Source: an uncultured Salinisphaerales bacterium | GTDB lineage: Bacteria; Pseudomonadota; Gammaproteobacteria; Nevskiales; CAJXLF01 | Length of the DNA stretch: 64,000 nt | Assembly (NCBI GenBank): GCA_913055805.1 | Contig: CAJXLF010000010.1 | Coordinates: forward strand, 85,040-149,039 | Direction of reading: 5' to 3' | In this document: positions 39,501 to 48,671 of the stretch, in pieces | How the letters are laid out: every line of letters begins with the position of its first letter | Position numbering within the stretch: the stretch's first letter is position 1 | The notes under the pieces: generated by a model | What the model saw: only the letters and a program-made list of their open reading frames with translations | The model's database searches: none | What the model was told of the DNA's origin: nothing | Translations under genes and position numbers: made by a program

Positions 39501-41343
39501 GTTGTCAACGCATATCCGGCTGGTCGCGGCCTTCAATCACATGCATATCTTTCTGGACCCGAACCCGGACACCGAGGCCAGCTTCAAGGAGCGTCAGCGC
39601 CTGTTCCGCCTGCCACGCTCCTCCTGGGCAGACTACGACAGCAAGTTGATCTCCCGCGGCGGCGGCGTGTTCGAGCGCAGCGCCAAGAGCATCAAGCTGA
39701 GCAAGCCGGTGAAGGACATGCTGGGTATCGAGGCCGACAGCCTGCGGCCCAACGAATTGATCAGCGCCATACTCAAGGCGCCGGTAGAGCTGCTATGGAA
39801 CGGTGGTATCGGCACCTACGTGAAAGCCAGTGGCGAGTCCAATGCCGAGGTCGGTGACCGCAGCAATGACAGCCTGCGTGTGAATGGCCGCGATCTGCAA
39901 TGCCAGGTCGTAGGCGAGGGCGGTAATCTCGGCTTCACCCAGGCGGGTCGCATTGAATACGCCCGATTCGGGGGGCGCATCAATACCGACGCCATCGACA
40001 ACTCGGCAGGCGTGGACAGTTCAGATCGGGAAGTGAATATCAAGATTCCGCTGAACGTACTGATGAAGGAAGGGGGGCTGCAGCGCGGGGTGCGCGACAA
40101 GTTGCTGTCTTCCATGACCAGGGATGTGGCCAGCCACGTGTTGCGCACCAACTATCTGCAAAGCCAGGCCATCAGTCTGATGGAACGGACTGCGGCGGCA
40201 CGTCTGGATGAGCACGCCAATCTGATCCGCACTCTTGAACGTAATGGGCTGCTCAAACGCCGTCTGGAAGGCTTGCCGGACGATGATGAACTGACCGAGC
40301 GACGTAATCGTGGCCAGGGTCTGTACCGTCCCGAGCTGGCGGTATTGCTGTCCTACAGCAAGCTGGCGCTGTATCCGGAGGTGGTGGCTTCACCCGTGCC
40401 GGATGAAGAATGGCTCAAGCGGGAGCTGCAGGATTACTTCCCGCAAGCCCTGCAGAAGAAATACGGCAAGGCGCTGGATGCCCATCGTCTGGGCCGGGAA
40501 ATCATTGCTACCGTGCTGACCAATCAGGTGGCGAACCACATGGGCGCGCCGTTTTGCCATCGCCTGGCCGAAGAGCAGGGCATGGGCATATCCCGTGTGG
40601 TGCGGGCCTTCTACGAGGCCAGCCGTATTTTCGATGCACAGAGCCTGTGGGACGAAGTCGAGGCGCTGGATAACAAGGTGTCGGCAGAAGTACAGATGCG
40701 CATGCATGAACGCATCATCGGATTGCTGAAACATGCGGTTAACTGGCTGCTGTACGATCGCAGTGGCAGCATTCGCGAAACCATCGAGCGTTATGCCGAT
40801 GGCGTGGCCAGTCTGGAGGCATCCCTCAAGCGCAGCATGACAGCGGTTTACCGCGAAGAGTGGGACCGCAGTGTCTCGGATATGGAGGCGCAGGGACTGC
40901 CGCGCCGCGCCGCCGAGCGTATGGCCAACACCAAGGTGTTGGGTTCGGCGCTGGATATTGTTCGTCTGACCCAGGAAGTCGGTAAACCCCTGGACGAAGT
41001 GGCGACTGTTTACTTCGGCGTGGGTGAGCGTTTCAGTGTGCCCTGGCTGCTGGGCGCCATCGTGGCGCTCAAGGTCGACAGCCGCTGGCAGGCGCTGGCC
41101 CGGGCCACGCTGCGCGACGACGTTTACCGCCTGCACAGCATTCTCACGGCCCGGGTGCTGGGCTTCAACGGCAGCAAGGCCAACGCCAGGCTGGATGCCT
41201 GGGAGAAACATTTCCCGCATCAGGTAAACTTTGCGCTCAACCGGATCCAGGAACTCAAGCACTCCAACGTGACGGATTTCATGGGGCTGGCGGTGGCGGT
41301 GCGCGAGTTGCGCAAGCTGCGAATACTGAAAAAACAGAACTGA
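36511..41343 (+). CDS. gdhB: NAD-specific glutamate dehydrogenase (large ~180 kDa class)
   Basis: 1610 aa. The core reads [38 protein letters not shown] and [9 protein letters not shown].FSD.AN. Confidence 0.9.
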   Translation: [1610 protein letters not shown]

Positions 41344-41380
41344 TCGGGCCTGTTAACGGGCCCTGGAGCGGGAGAAGCCT

Positions 41381-42988
41381 ATGCGGCGATGGAATGGTTG
41401 GGGCGATGACAGCGTCGACATGCCCCTCAATGAGGCAGCCAGAACCTGGATTGCCAACAAGCTGGGGCCGGGCAAACCGCCCAGCGATATTTCACGCGAA
41501 GACGCCACCCGGCGTGTGCCGGAATCAAGACTGGCGGACTTCCCCGCTGCGTCTACAGACCCGTTGGCCCGCATCCGTCACGCGCACGGAGAAAGCTTTC
41601 CCGACTGGTGGGCGCTGAAAACCGGTCGCCTCGGCCCGTTCCCGGATGCCATTGTGTATCCGGAGACGCATGACGAAGTCGTCAGCGTACTCAAGTCGGC
41701 GGGCGAGCGCGGTTGTATGGTCATCCCCTATGGCGGCGGCACCAGTGTTGTAGGTCATCTCACAGTGCCTGAGACCGACCAGCCGGTGCTGAGCGTGGAT
41801 CTCAGTCGTCTCAACAAGCTGCTGGATCTGGACGAGCAGGATCGTCTGGCCACTTTCGGCGCCGGTGTGGCCGGGCCGGATGTCGAAGCACAGCTGCGAG
41901 CGCATGGTTACATGCTGGGCCATCTGCCGCAGTCCTTTGAATATTCCACGCTCGGCGGTTGGGTGGTCACGCGTTCCAGCGGCCAGCAGTCGCTGCGTTA
42001 TGGCCGCATCGAGCAACTGTTTGCCGGCGGTCGCATGGTGACGCCAAAGGGCGTACTGGAAATGCCGACCATCCCGGCCATCGGCGCCGGGCCGGACATC
42101 AAGGATTTCATCATGGGCTCGGAAGGGCGCATGGGCATTCTCAGTGAGGCGAAGGTGCGGGTCACGCCGGTGCCGGAGCAGGAAGACTTCCATGTCGTGT
42201 TCTTCCCCAGCTGGGAAGCGGGCCGCGAAGGCGTGCGCGCCATCAAGCAGGCCGGTACACCGCTGTCCATGTTGCGTTTGTCCAATCCCATCGAGACCTT
42301 CACCCAGCTGATGTTGGCAGGGCATCCGGGGCAGATCGCCGCACTGGAGAAATACCTGGCGCTGCGCGGCTGTGGCCCACTGGAAAACAACGACGGCAAG
42401 TGCATGCTGGTAATGGGCGTGACGGGTACGCATGCACAGTGCCGTTTCATGCGGCGTCAGGCCTTGAGCATTGCGCGCCAGCACAAGGGCGTACACACCG
42501 GCCGCATGATCGGCAAGGCCTGGGCCAAGAACCGCTTTATGGGACCCTATCTGCGGAACACGTTATGGGACGCAGGTTATGGTGCCGATACTGCCGAAAC
42601 TTCGGTGGACTGGCACAAGGTCACGGATTGCATGCGTGATATCGAACAGGCGGCGCATGACGCCTTTGCCGAGTTCGGCGAGAAGGTGCATGCCTTCACC
42701 CATTTGTCGCATGTCTACAACCAGGGCTCGAGCATCTACAGCACCTTCATTTTCCGCATCGCCGACGACCCGGATGAAACCTGGACGCGCTGGCGGCGTC
42801 TCAAGAACGGTATCAGCGAAGTCATGGTGAAGTATGGCGGTACGATCAGTCATCAGCACGGCGTGGGTATCGACCACAAACCCTACCTGCCTGCCGAGAA
42901 GAGGGAACTGGGTATTGGCGCCATCCAGGCGCTGGCCCGGCATTTCGATCCGGACGGCATGATGAACCCAGGCAAGCTGGTTGATTGA
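41381..42988 (+). CDS. FAD-linked oxidase, alkyl-DHAP-synthase (AGPS)-like
   Basis: N-terminal RWNGWG motif, as in the AGPS family. FAD_binding_4 region (VIPYGGGTSVVG). C-terminus ISHQHGVG. Confidence 0.7.
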   Translation: MRRWNGWGDDSVDMPLNEAARTWIANKLGPGKPPSDISREDATRRVPESRLADFPAASTDPLARIRHAHGESFPDWWALKTGRLGPFPDAIVYPETHDEVVSVLKSAGERGCMVIPYGGGTSVVGHLTVPETDQPVLSVDLSRLNKLLDLDEQDRLATFGAGVAGPDVEAQLRAHGYMLGHLPQSFEYSTLGGWVVTRSSGQQSLRYGRIEQLFAGGRMVTPKGVLEMPTIPAIGAGPDIKDFIMGSEGRMGILSEAKVRVTPVPEQEDFHVVFFPSWEAGREGVRAIKQAGTPLSMLRLSNPIETFTQLMLAGHPGQIAALEKYLALRGCGPLENNDGKCMLVMGVTGTHAQCRFMRRQALSIARQHKGVHTGRMIGKAWAKNRFMGPYLRNTLWDAGYGADTAETSVDWHKVTDCMRDIEQAAHDAFAEFGEKVHAFTHLSHVYNQGSSIYSTFIFRIADDPDETWTRWRRLKNGISEVMVKYGGTISHQHGVGIDHKPYLPAEKRELGIGAIQALARHFDPDGMMNPGKLVD

Positions 42989-43006
42989 GGATGGTGATTT
43001 TCAGAT

Positions 43007-43083
43007 TGAGGAGATTGCTTCGCTACGCTCGCAATGACTTGCCTCTTGTCATCGCGAGGAGCGTAAGCGACGCGGCGATCTCC
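43007..43083. repeat. REP-like long palindrome
   Basis: GAGGAGATTGCTTCGCTACGCTCGCAATGAC (43007-43037) pairs imperfectly with GTCATCGCGAGGAGCGTAAGCGACGCGGCGATCTCCTG (43047-43083). Confidence 0.6.
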
Positions 43084-43091
43084 TGCATGGT

Positions 43092-44693
43092 TTGACTATG
43101 TGGCAAAAGGACTGGCGTGAACGCCTGTGGGCCTCGGCAAAGGATCAGCAATGGGACATCATCATCGTCGGTGGCGGCATTACCGGCGCCGGCATCCTGC
43201 GTGAAGCGGCGCGCATCGGTCTGAAAGTGCTGTTGGTGGAGCAGGGCGACTTCGCCTCCGGCACCTCCAGCCGTTCTTCCAAGCTGGTGCATGGGGGGCT
43301 GCGTTATCTCAAGACCGGTCAGTGGAGGCTCACTTTGGAATCGGTGCGTGAGCGTGAACGTCTCATGCGCGAGTCCGGTGGACTGGTTACCCTGCAGGGC
43401 TTTGTCACCGCCGTTTTCAAGGGCCGCAAGCCCGGTTACTGGATGATGAGGTTCGGGCTGTTTCTGTATGACCTGATGGCCCGCAAACGCCGCTTTCGCA
43501 GTCTCGGCCCCGCTGAGGTCGAGATGCTGGCGCCACGTATCCGCCAGGACAGTCTGCGCGGCGGCTTCTGGTATCCCGACGCGCAGACCGATGATGCCCG
43601 TCTGACCCTGCGCGTGATTCAGGAAGCGCAACGCGATGGCGCCGCTGCCGCCAACTACGTGCGCGCCACCGAGCTGATGTTTGATGAGGGCCAGGTCGCC
43701 GGGGTAAGGGTCAAGGATATGCTCAGCGGTGAAGATCATCCGCTGTATGCCCGTCTGGTAATCAATGCCGCCGGCGCCTGGTGTGACCGGCTGCGCCTGC
43801 AGGTGGGCGGCCAGGTTTCCATCCGGCCCCTGCGCGGCAGTCACCTGGTCTTCGACTATGCCGATCTGCCCTGTGCCCAGGCGGTGAGCTTCTTTCATGC
43901 CGAGGACGGGCGGCCGGTGTTCGCCGTGCCCTGGGATGGTCGTGTGATTCTGGGTACCACCGATCTGGATCATGATGGTGATCTGGATGCCGAACCACGC
44001 TGCAGTCTCGAGGAAGCCGAATACCTGCTGCGTGCCATTAATGACATGTTTCCCCGAAATCCGCTTAGCCTGGAACAGGCCATTGCCAGTTATGCAGGCG
44101 TGCGTCCGGTGATTGCCTCGGGCAAGGCGCTCAATCCGTCCGAGGAATCGCGTGAACACGCCCTGTGGCAGGAGAAAGGGTTGTTGTCCATTACCGGCGG
44201 CAAGCTCACCACCTACCGCACCACCGCCCTGGAAGTACTGCAGGCAGCGGCCGAACAGATTCCCGAGGCAGACAAGCTCGATGCCGAGGCGCCCATCCTG
44301 GCAAGTACCCGGCCGGTCCGGCATGCCTCGCTGGGCGCATTGTCTGCCCGACGCCTGCTCGGCCGTTACGGGGCAGCCGTGCACGACATGCTGGCCCAGG
44401 CCGATGAGGCCGATCTGCAACCCATTCGCGATACGCAGTATCTGTGGATTGAACTGCGCTGGGCTGCCCAGCATGAGGCGGTGATGCATCTGCAGGACTT
44501 GATGCTGAGGCGTACCCGCCTGGGTCTGGTGCTCAGCGATGGTGGCGTAGGTCTGCTGCCGCGCGTTCGTGAACTGTGCCAGGCGGCTCTCGGCTGGGAT
44601 GATCAGCGTTGGGAACTGGAGGCCGGCGAATATCAGCGTCAGTGGCAGGCCAATTACGCGCCACCTGATCGGCAGGAGGGCAGCTATGCCTGA
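43092..44693 (+). CDS. FAD-dependent glycerol-3-phosphate dehydrogenase/oxidase-like protein
   Basis: [19 protein letters not shown] dinucleotide fold. [15 protein letters not shown] is a GlpD-type motif. Confidence 0.8.
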   Translation: MTMWQKDWRERLWASAKDQQWDIIIVGGGITGAGILREAARIGLKVLLVEQGDFASGTSSRSSKLVHGGLRYLKTGQWRLTLESVRERERLMRESGGLVTLQGFVTAVFKGRKPGYWMMRFGLFLYDLMARKRRFRSLGPAEVEMLAPRIRQDSLRGGFWYPDAQTDDARLTLRVIQEAQRDGAAAANYVRATELMFDEGQVAGVRVKDMLSGEDHPLYARLVINAAGAWCDRLRLQVGGQVSIRPLRGSHLVFDYADLPCAQAVSFFHAEDGRPVFAVPWDGRVILGTTDLDHDGDLDAEPRCSLEEAEYLLRAINDMFPRNPLSLEQAIASYAGVRPVIASGKALNPSEESREHALWQEKGLLSITGGKLTTYRTTALEVLQAAAEQIPEADKLDAEAPILASTRPVRHASLGALSARRLLGRYGAAVHDMLAQADEADLQPIRDTQYLWIELRWAAQHEAVMHLQDLMLRRTRLGLVLSDGGVGLLPRVRELCQAALGWDDQRWELEAGEYQRQWQANYAPPDRQEGSYA

Positions 44694-46248
44694 ACATGGC
44701 GACGTGCGACTGCTGGCCATTGACGTGGGCACCCAGAGTGCCCGCGCCATCGTGTTTGATCTGGAGGGCAACATCCAGGCCAAGGCCCAGGTGCCCATCG
44801 AGCCCTATTTTTCTGAACAACCCAACTGGGCCGAGCAGGACCCCGATCTGTACTGGCGCTCGGTGTGCGAGGCCTGCCAGGCACTGTGGGAGCAGGGACA
44901 GGACCCCGGTCACATCACCGGACTGTCGTTGACCACGCAACGCTCCACAACCGTGAATGTGGACGTTAACGGCAAGCCACTGCGTCCGGCCATCGTGTGG
45001 ATGGACCAGCGACGTACTGAAGGTTTGCCACCCGTGGGCGGCCTGTGGGGGCTGGCCTTCAAGCTGGCCGGCGTCAGCGACACGGTGGCGGATTTCCAGT
45101 CCAAGGCGCAGGCCAACTGGATCAGCAAACATCAGCCTGATATCTGGGCGCGCACCCACAAACAGCTGCTGCTTTCCGGCTATCTCAGCTTCAAGCTGAC
45201 AGGCGAGTTCGTGGATTCCTCCGGCTGCCAGGTGGGCTACGTGCCCTTCGACTTCAAGAAACTGGAATGGGCCGGCAAAAAGGACTGGAAGTGGCAGGCG
45301 GTCAGTATACGGTCTGAGCACCTGCCGACGCTGAAGCATCCCGGCGAGCAGTTGGGAGTGCTTTCCGAGGCTGCTGCTGTCGAGCTGGGGCTGTCTGCCG
45401 GCCTGCCGATCATTGCGGCCGCCGCCGACAAGGCCTGCGAAGTGCTGGGCGCGGGCTGTCTGGAGCCGCATCAGGCCTGCTTGAGTTTCGGTACCACTGC
45501 CACGCTCAACACCACGCGCGGCAAGTATCTGGAAGTGATTCCCTATATCCCGCCGTACCCGGCTGCATTGCCCGATGCCTATAACAACGAAATCCAGATT
45601 TACCGGGGTTTCTGGATGGTGTCCTGGTTCAAGGACGAGTTCGCGCATCGTGAAAAGAAGATGGCGGAACAGAAGGGCGTCAGCACCGAAGAACTCTTTG
45701 ACGACATGATCCGCAACGTGCCGCCTGGTTCCATGGGCCTCATGCTGCAGCCGTACTGGTCACCGGGTGTGCGTGAACCGGGGCCGGAAGCCAAGGGTGC
45801 GGTCATAGGTTTTGGCGACGTACACGGTCGCGCGCACTTCTACCGTTCCATTCTGGAAGGTCTGATATACGCACTCAGGGAAGCCAGGGAAAAGACCGAG
45901 AAGAAGGGCAAGGTGGTAATTACCGACCTGCGCATTGCCGGCGGTGGCTCGCAAAGCGATATCGCCATGCAGATTTCGGCCGACATCTTCGGCATGCCCG
46001 CCATGCGCCCGCATATCTACGAAACCTCGGCGCTCGGGGCCGCGATCAGTGCCGCCGTGGGACTGGGTTACTATGCGGATTATTCCCAGGCCCTGTCCGC
46101 CATGACCCGGCCGGGCGATACCTTCCAGCCCGACCCGGATGCCACCAGGCTATACAATGACCTCTACACCCGCGTGTACAAGAAGATGTATCCGCAGTTG
46201 AAGGATCTGTACAAGGAAATCCGGGAAATAACGGGTTATCCGCCTTAG
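44686..46248 (+). CDS. FGGY-family carbohydrate kinase
   Basis: The start is set at [25 protein letters not shown] (FGGY N-terminal motif). It overlaps the upstream stop by 8 nt. Confidence 0.85.
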   Translation: MPEHGDVRLLAIDVGTQSARAIVFDLEGNIQAKAQVPIEPYFSEQPNWAEQDPDLYWRSVCEACQALWEQGQDPGHITGLSLTTQRSTTVNVDVNGKPLRPAIVWMDQRRTEGLPPVGGLWGLAFKLAGVSDTVADFQSKAQANWISKHQPDIWARTHKQLLLSGYLSFKLTGEFVDSSGCQVGYVPFDFKKLEWAGKKDWKWQAVSIRSEHLPTLKHPGEQLGVLSEAAAVELGLSAGLPIIAAAADKACEVLGAGCLEPHQACLSFGTTATLNTTRGKYLEVIPYIPPYPAALPDAYNNEIQIYRGFWMVSWFKDEFAHREKKMAEQKGVSTEELFDDMIRNVPPGSMGLMLQPYWSPGVREPGPEAKGAVIGFGDVHGRAHFYRSILEGLIYALREAREKTEKKGKVVITDLRIAGGGSQSDIAMQISADIFGMPAMRPHIYETSALGAAISAAVGLGYYADYSQALSAMTRPGDTFQPDPDATRLYNDLYTRVYKKMYPQLKDLYKEIREITGYPP

Positions 46249-46288
46249 TGCCGTCTTGAAACGGACATTCTCATCACAAGGAAGTGAA

Positions 46289-46504
46289 ATGAAACCGACG
46301 AATTATCCATCTGTACTGGCCTGCACTGCCGGGCTGTTGCTAAGTGCCTGTAGTGCTCAAAGCGTTTATGAAGGAAGCCACCAGTACCGCGCTGACCAGT
46401 GCGCCAAGCTGCCAGAGCCCGAATATGGTCAATGTCTGGCCGAGGCGAGGAAACCCTACGGCGAACACAGGAAAGAATACGATGACCAGGTCGAGGACAA
46501 ATAA
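46289..46504 (+). CDS. small lipoprotein, unknown function
   Basis: Lipobox LLLSAC follows a short signal peptide. 71 aa. Confidence 0.5.
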   Translation: MKPTNYPSVLACTAGLLLSACSAQSVYEGSHQYRADQCAKLPEPEYGQCLAEARKPYGEHRKEYDDQVEDK

Positions 46505-46531
46505 CTCTTCGACTACCGGCTTATTCTGACG

Positions 46532-46912
46532 TCAGTGCCGGGCCTGACGCGAAATCAGGCATTCGGCAGGAATGCCGAAATCGTTATACAGGCCTTCAAT
46601 CATTCTCAAGGTCAGAGGTCGGCTTCCTTTGAGCACCTCATAAACGCGGTTCTTTCGTCCGATAACAGGGACGAGGTCATCTACTGTGAGTCCCTGCTGT
46701 TCCATACGGAATTTTATGGCTTCAATCGGACTGGGCAAATCCAGGGGAAAGTGAGTGCGTTCGTAAGCTTCTACCAGCGTGACCAGAATATCGAGGCGGT
46801 CACCTTCAGGCGTGTTGGCTTCAGCCTCCATGAGGCTCTCGATCTCTGCGAGCGTTGCCTTATGGTCCGCGTCAGTTTTGATTGGGCGAATATCCATTAC
46901 ATCACCTTTCAT
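46532..46912 (-). CDS. higA: HigA-family antitoxin (C-terminal HTH)
   Basis: IRPIKTDADHKATLAEIESLMEAEANTPEGDRLDILVTLVEAYE is a typical N-terminus for this HigA subfamily. 4-nt overlap with the upstream toxin gene. Confidence 0.8.
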   Translation of the reverse strand: MKGDVMDIRPIKTDADHKATLAEIESLMEAEANTPEGDRLDILVTLVEAYERTHFPLDLPSPIEAIKFRMEQQGLTVDDLVPVIGRKNRVYEVLKGSRPLTLRMIEGLYNDFGIPAECLISRQARH

Positions 46913-47211
46913 ATTGTTTGCACATCGATCGCATCGTATTGCTTATGCGTGCCGATAAAGCGAACGTATACAACCCGGTACGGGTAATTGATCCAGGCCA
47001 CAATCCTGTACTTGTTGCCACCGATGTTAAAAACCACACGCCCATCCTTGAGAATGCTGGCGTTCTTGAACTGGGCTTTTAACTCGTTCGGATTGGCCCA
47101 GTCTGCCTTCAGCACTTCCCGATACCACGCCAGGGTGGGTGCCCGAGCATCCTGGTGTGCTTGAGAGTCTGTCCAAAAGGCTTTAAGCGTGGACAGGGCG
47201 ATGACTCTCAT
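46909..47211 (-). CDS. higB: HigB-family type II toxin (RelE fold)
   Basis: MRVIALSTLKAFW...NASILKDGRVVFNIGGNKYRIVAWINY...VYVRFIGTHKQYD is a canonical HigB pattern. Confidence 0.85.
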   Translation of the reverse strand: MRVIALSTLKAFWTDSQAHQDARAPTLAWYREVLKADWANPNELKAQFKNASILKDGRVVFNIGGNKYRIVAWINYPYRVVYVRFIGTHKQYDAIDVQTI

Positions 47212-47223
47212 GAGAAATATTTT

Positions 47224-47240
47224 AGTCCCATTTTGGGACT
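47224..47240. promoter_or_regulatory. candidate HigA operator: AGTCCCA-TTT-TGGGACT
   Basis: Perfect 7-bp inverted repeat 13 nt upstream of the higB start codon. Confidence 0.45.
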
Positions 47241-47310
47241 TAAGTAAAGGTGGGATGCCAGGACGTACTTCATGTGTTTTTGTTTGGTCTGATGAAGTTA
47301 GTATGTTGAA

Positions 47311-47330
47311 TACTGTAAATTAATACAGTA
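47311..47330. promoter_or_regulatory. LexA (SOS) box-like site TACTGTAAATTAATACAGTA
   Basis: Exact match to the gammaproteobacterial TACTG-N10-CAGTA / CTGT-N8-ACAG consensus. It lies in the divergent intergenic region between higB and the ICL/PEP-mutase family gene. Confidence 0.55.
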
Positions 47331-47362
47331 TAAAGTTATTGGCAAATTTTTTTCGTGAGTTG

Positions 47363-48220
47363 ATGATGAATGAAGCACACAAAGCGAAGGCCAATATGTT
47401 CCTGAAGATGCATGAGGCTGACGGTTGCTTCCTGATGCCGAATGCCTGGGATGCAGGCAGTGCGAAGATGCTGGTGCATTCAGGTTTCGGGGCCATCGGC
47501 ACCACCAGCGCCGGAGTGGCCTTTGCGCTGGGTCGTCCCGACAATGTCTATTGTTCACCAGAGGCAAGGGTGAGCAGGCAAGCCATGCTCGCAGAAATCC
47601 AGTCTGTTACGCAGTCTGTCTCGGTGCCGGTAAATGCTGATCTTGAGGGCGGCTACGGCGACTCGCCCGAGGATGTGGCGGATTGCATCAAGCTGGCGAT
47701 TGAAGCCGGTGCCATGGGTGGCAACATTGAGGACTACACCGGCATCGAAGCGGCACCACTTTATGACCTGTCCCTGGCCGTAGAACGGATCAGGGCAGCC
47801 CGCGAGGCTATAGATGCCAGTGGTGTGCCGTTTGTGCTGGTGGCACGAACTGACAGACTTCTTGCCGCCGCGCCAGATGGCTTTGCCGAGGCGGTGGAAC
47901 GGGCCAATCGGTATCGAGAAGCCGGGGCTGATTGCCTGTTTGCACCCGGTGCGAGCGACCTGCCGACAGTGAGCAGCCTGGTGCGAGAAATCAACGGACC
48001 CATTAACGTGGTGATGGGCCTGAGTGGTAGTGATGTTTCCGTGGCACAGCTCAGAGACGTCGGAGTGCGGCGTATCAGTATTGGCGGAAGCCTGGCCCGT
48101 GCTCTTTATTTCCGCATACAGGAGGCCGCACGGGAAATGCTCGAGGAAGGCACTTTCGCATTTGCGCAAAATCAGGTCGCGCAGTCCGAACTGAACAAGA
48201 TTTTTGAATCTACGCTCTGA
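47363..48220 (+). CDS. isocitrate lyase / PEP mutase superfamily protein
   Basis: FLMPNAWDAGSAKML...GTTSAG and GGNIEDY motifs. The start is set at the first ATG; the track start is a TTG. Confidence 0.75.
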   Translation: MMNEAHKAKANMFLKMHEADGCFLMPNAWDAGSAKMLVHSGFGAIGTTSAGVAFALGRPDNVYCSPEARVSRQAMLAEIQSVTQSVSVPVNADLEGGYGDSPEDVADCIKLAIEAGAMGGNIEDYTGIEAAPLYDLSLAVERIRAAREAIDASGVPFVLVARTDRLLAAAPDGFAEAVERANRYREAGADCLFAPGASDLPTVSSLVREINGPINVVMGLSGSDVSVAQLRDVGVRRISIGGSLARALYFRIQEAAREMLEEGTFAFAQNQVAQSELNKIFESTL

Positions 48221-48229
48221 GAACTGTGG

Positions 48230-48613
48230 TTACCACCGAATCCTGACTTTCTTCACGCCCCAGCGCCGGGCGCGCTGCACGTCGGTACCCATGTAGATAT
48301 CGATCTTGTGGTACCAGTCGTCGGGCATCTTATCCAGCACGGTGTACTCGCCTTCCAGGCCGTCTATGCGGACCTTGGTGCCACGCCGTATGCCGTGCTC
48401 CTCGATCAGGTCGGGGGAGACGGCAATCGCCTTCATGCCGGGCGCAAGCTTGTCGCCCCAGGCGCCGCGGGTGGGATCACCTTCGGTCTGGTCGGGCAGG
48501 GAGTTATAGGCGCTGGCCTTGACCCACATGCTGCGTTCTTCGGCATGGGCGGGCATGCAGGCAAGCGAGATCAGCAGGAAAACGAGGCCGTGTAGAAAAT
48601 AATTGAGTGGCAT
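48230..48613 (-). CDS. 3D-domain (MltA/RlpA-like fold) secreted protein
   Basis: Signal peptide MPLNYFLHGLVFLLISLACMPAHA. ASAYNSLPDQTEGDPTRGAWGDKL...IDIYM is the 3D-domain pattern. Confidence 0.7.
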   Translation of the reverse strand: MPLNYFLHGLVFLLISLACMPAHAEERSMWVKASAYNSLPDQTEGDPTRGAWGDKLAPGMKAIAVSPDLIEEHGIRRGTKVRIDGLEGEYTVLDKMPDDWYHKIDIYMGTDVQRARRWGVKKVRIRW

Positions 48614-48671
48614 AGAAGTTACGATCTGGAAATGATCGTGCATAGACCTCGGCTCAGTCCCGGAAGTTCTT

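Noticed and set aside
43023-44798. 591-aa ORF antisense to the GlpD-like gene; similar long antisense or out-of-frame ORFs at 59727-61442, 34370-35440, 40390-41262, 10721-11704 and 25392-26192
   Set aside because: Each overlaps a sense-strand gene with clear family motifs. None shows recognisable motifs or a plausible RBS. These are typical GC-driven shadow ORFs.
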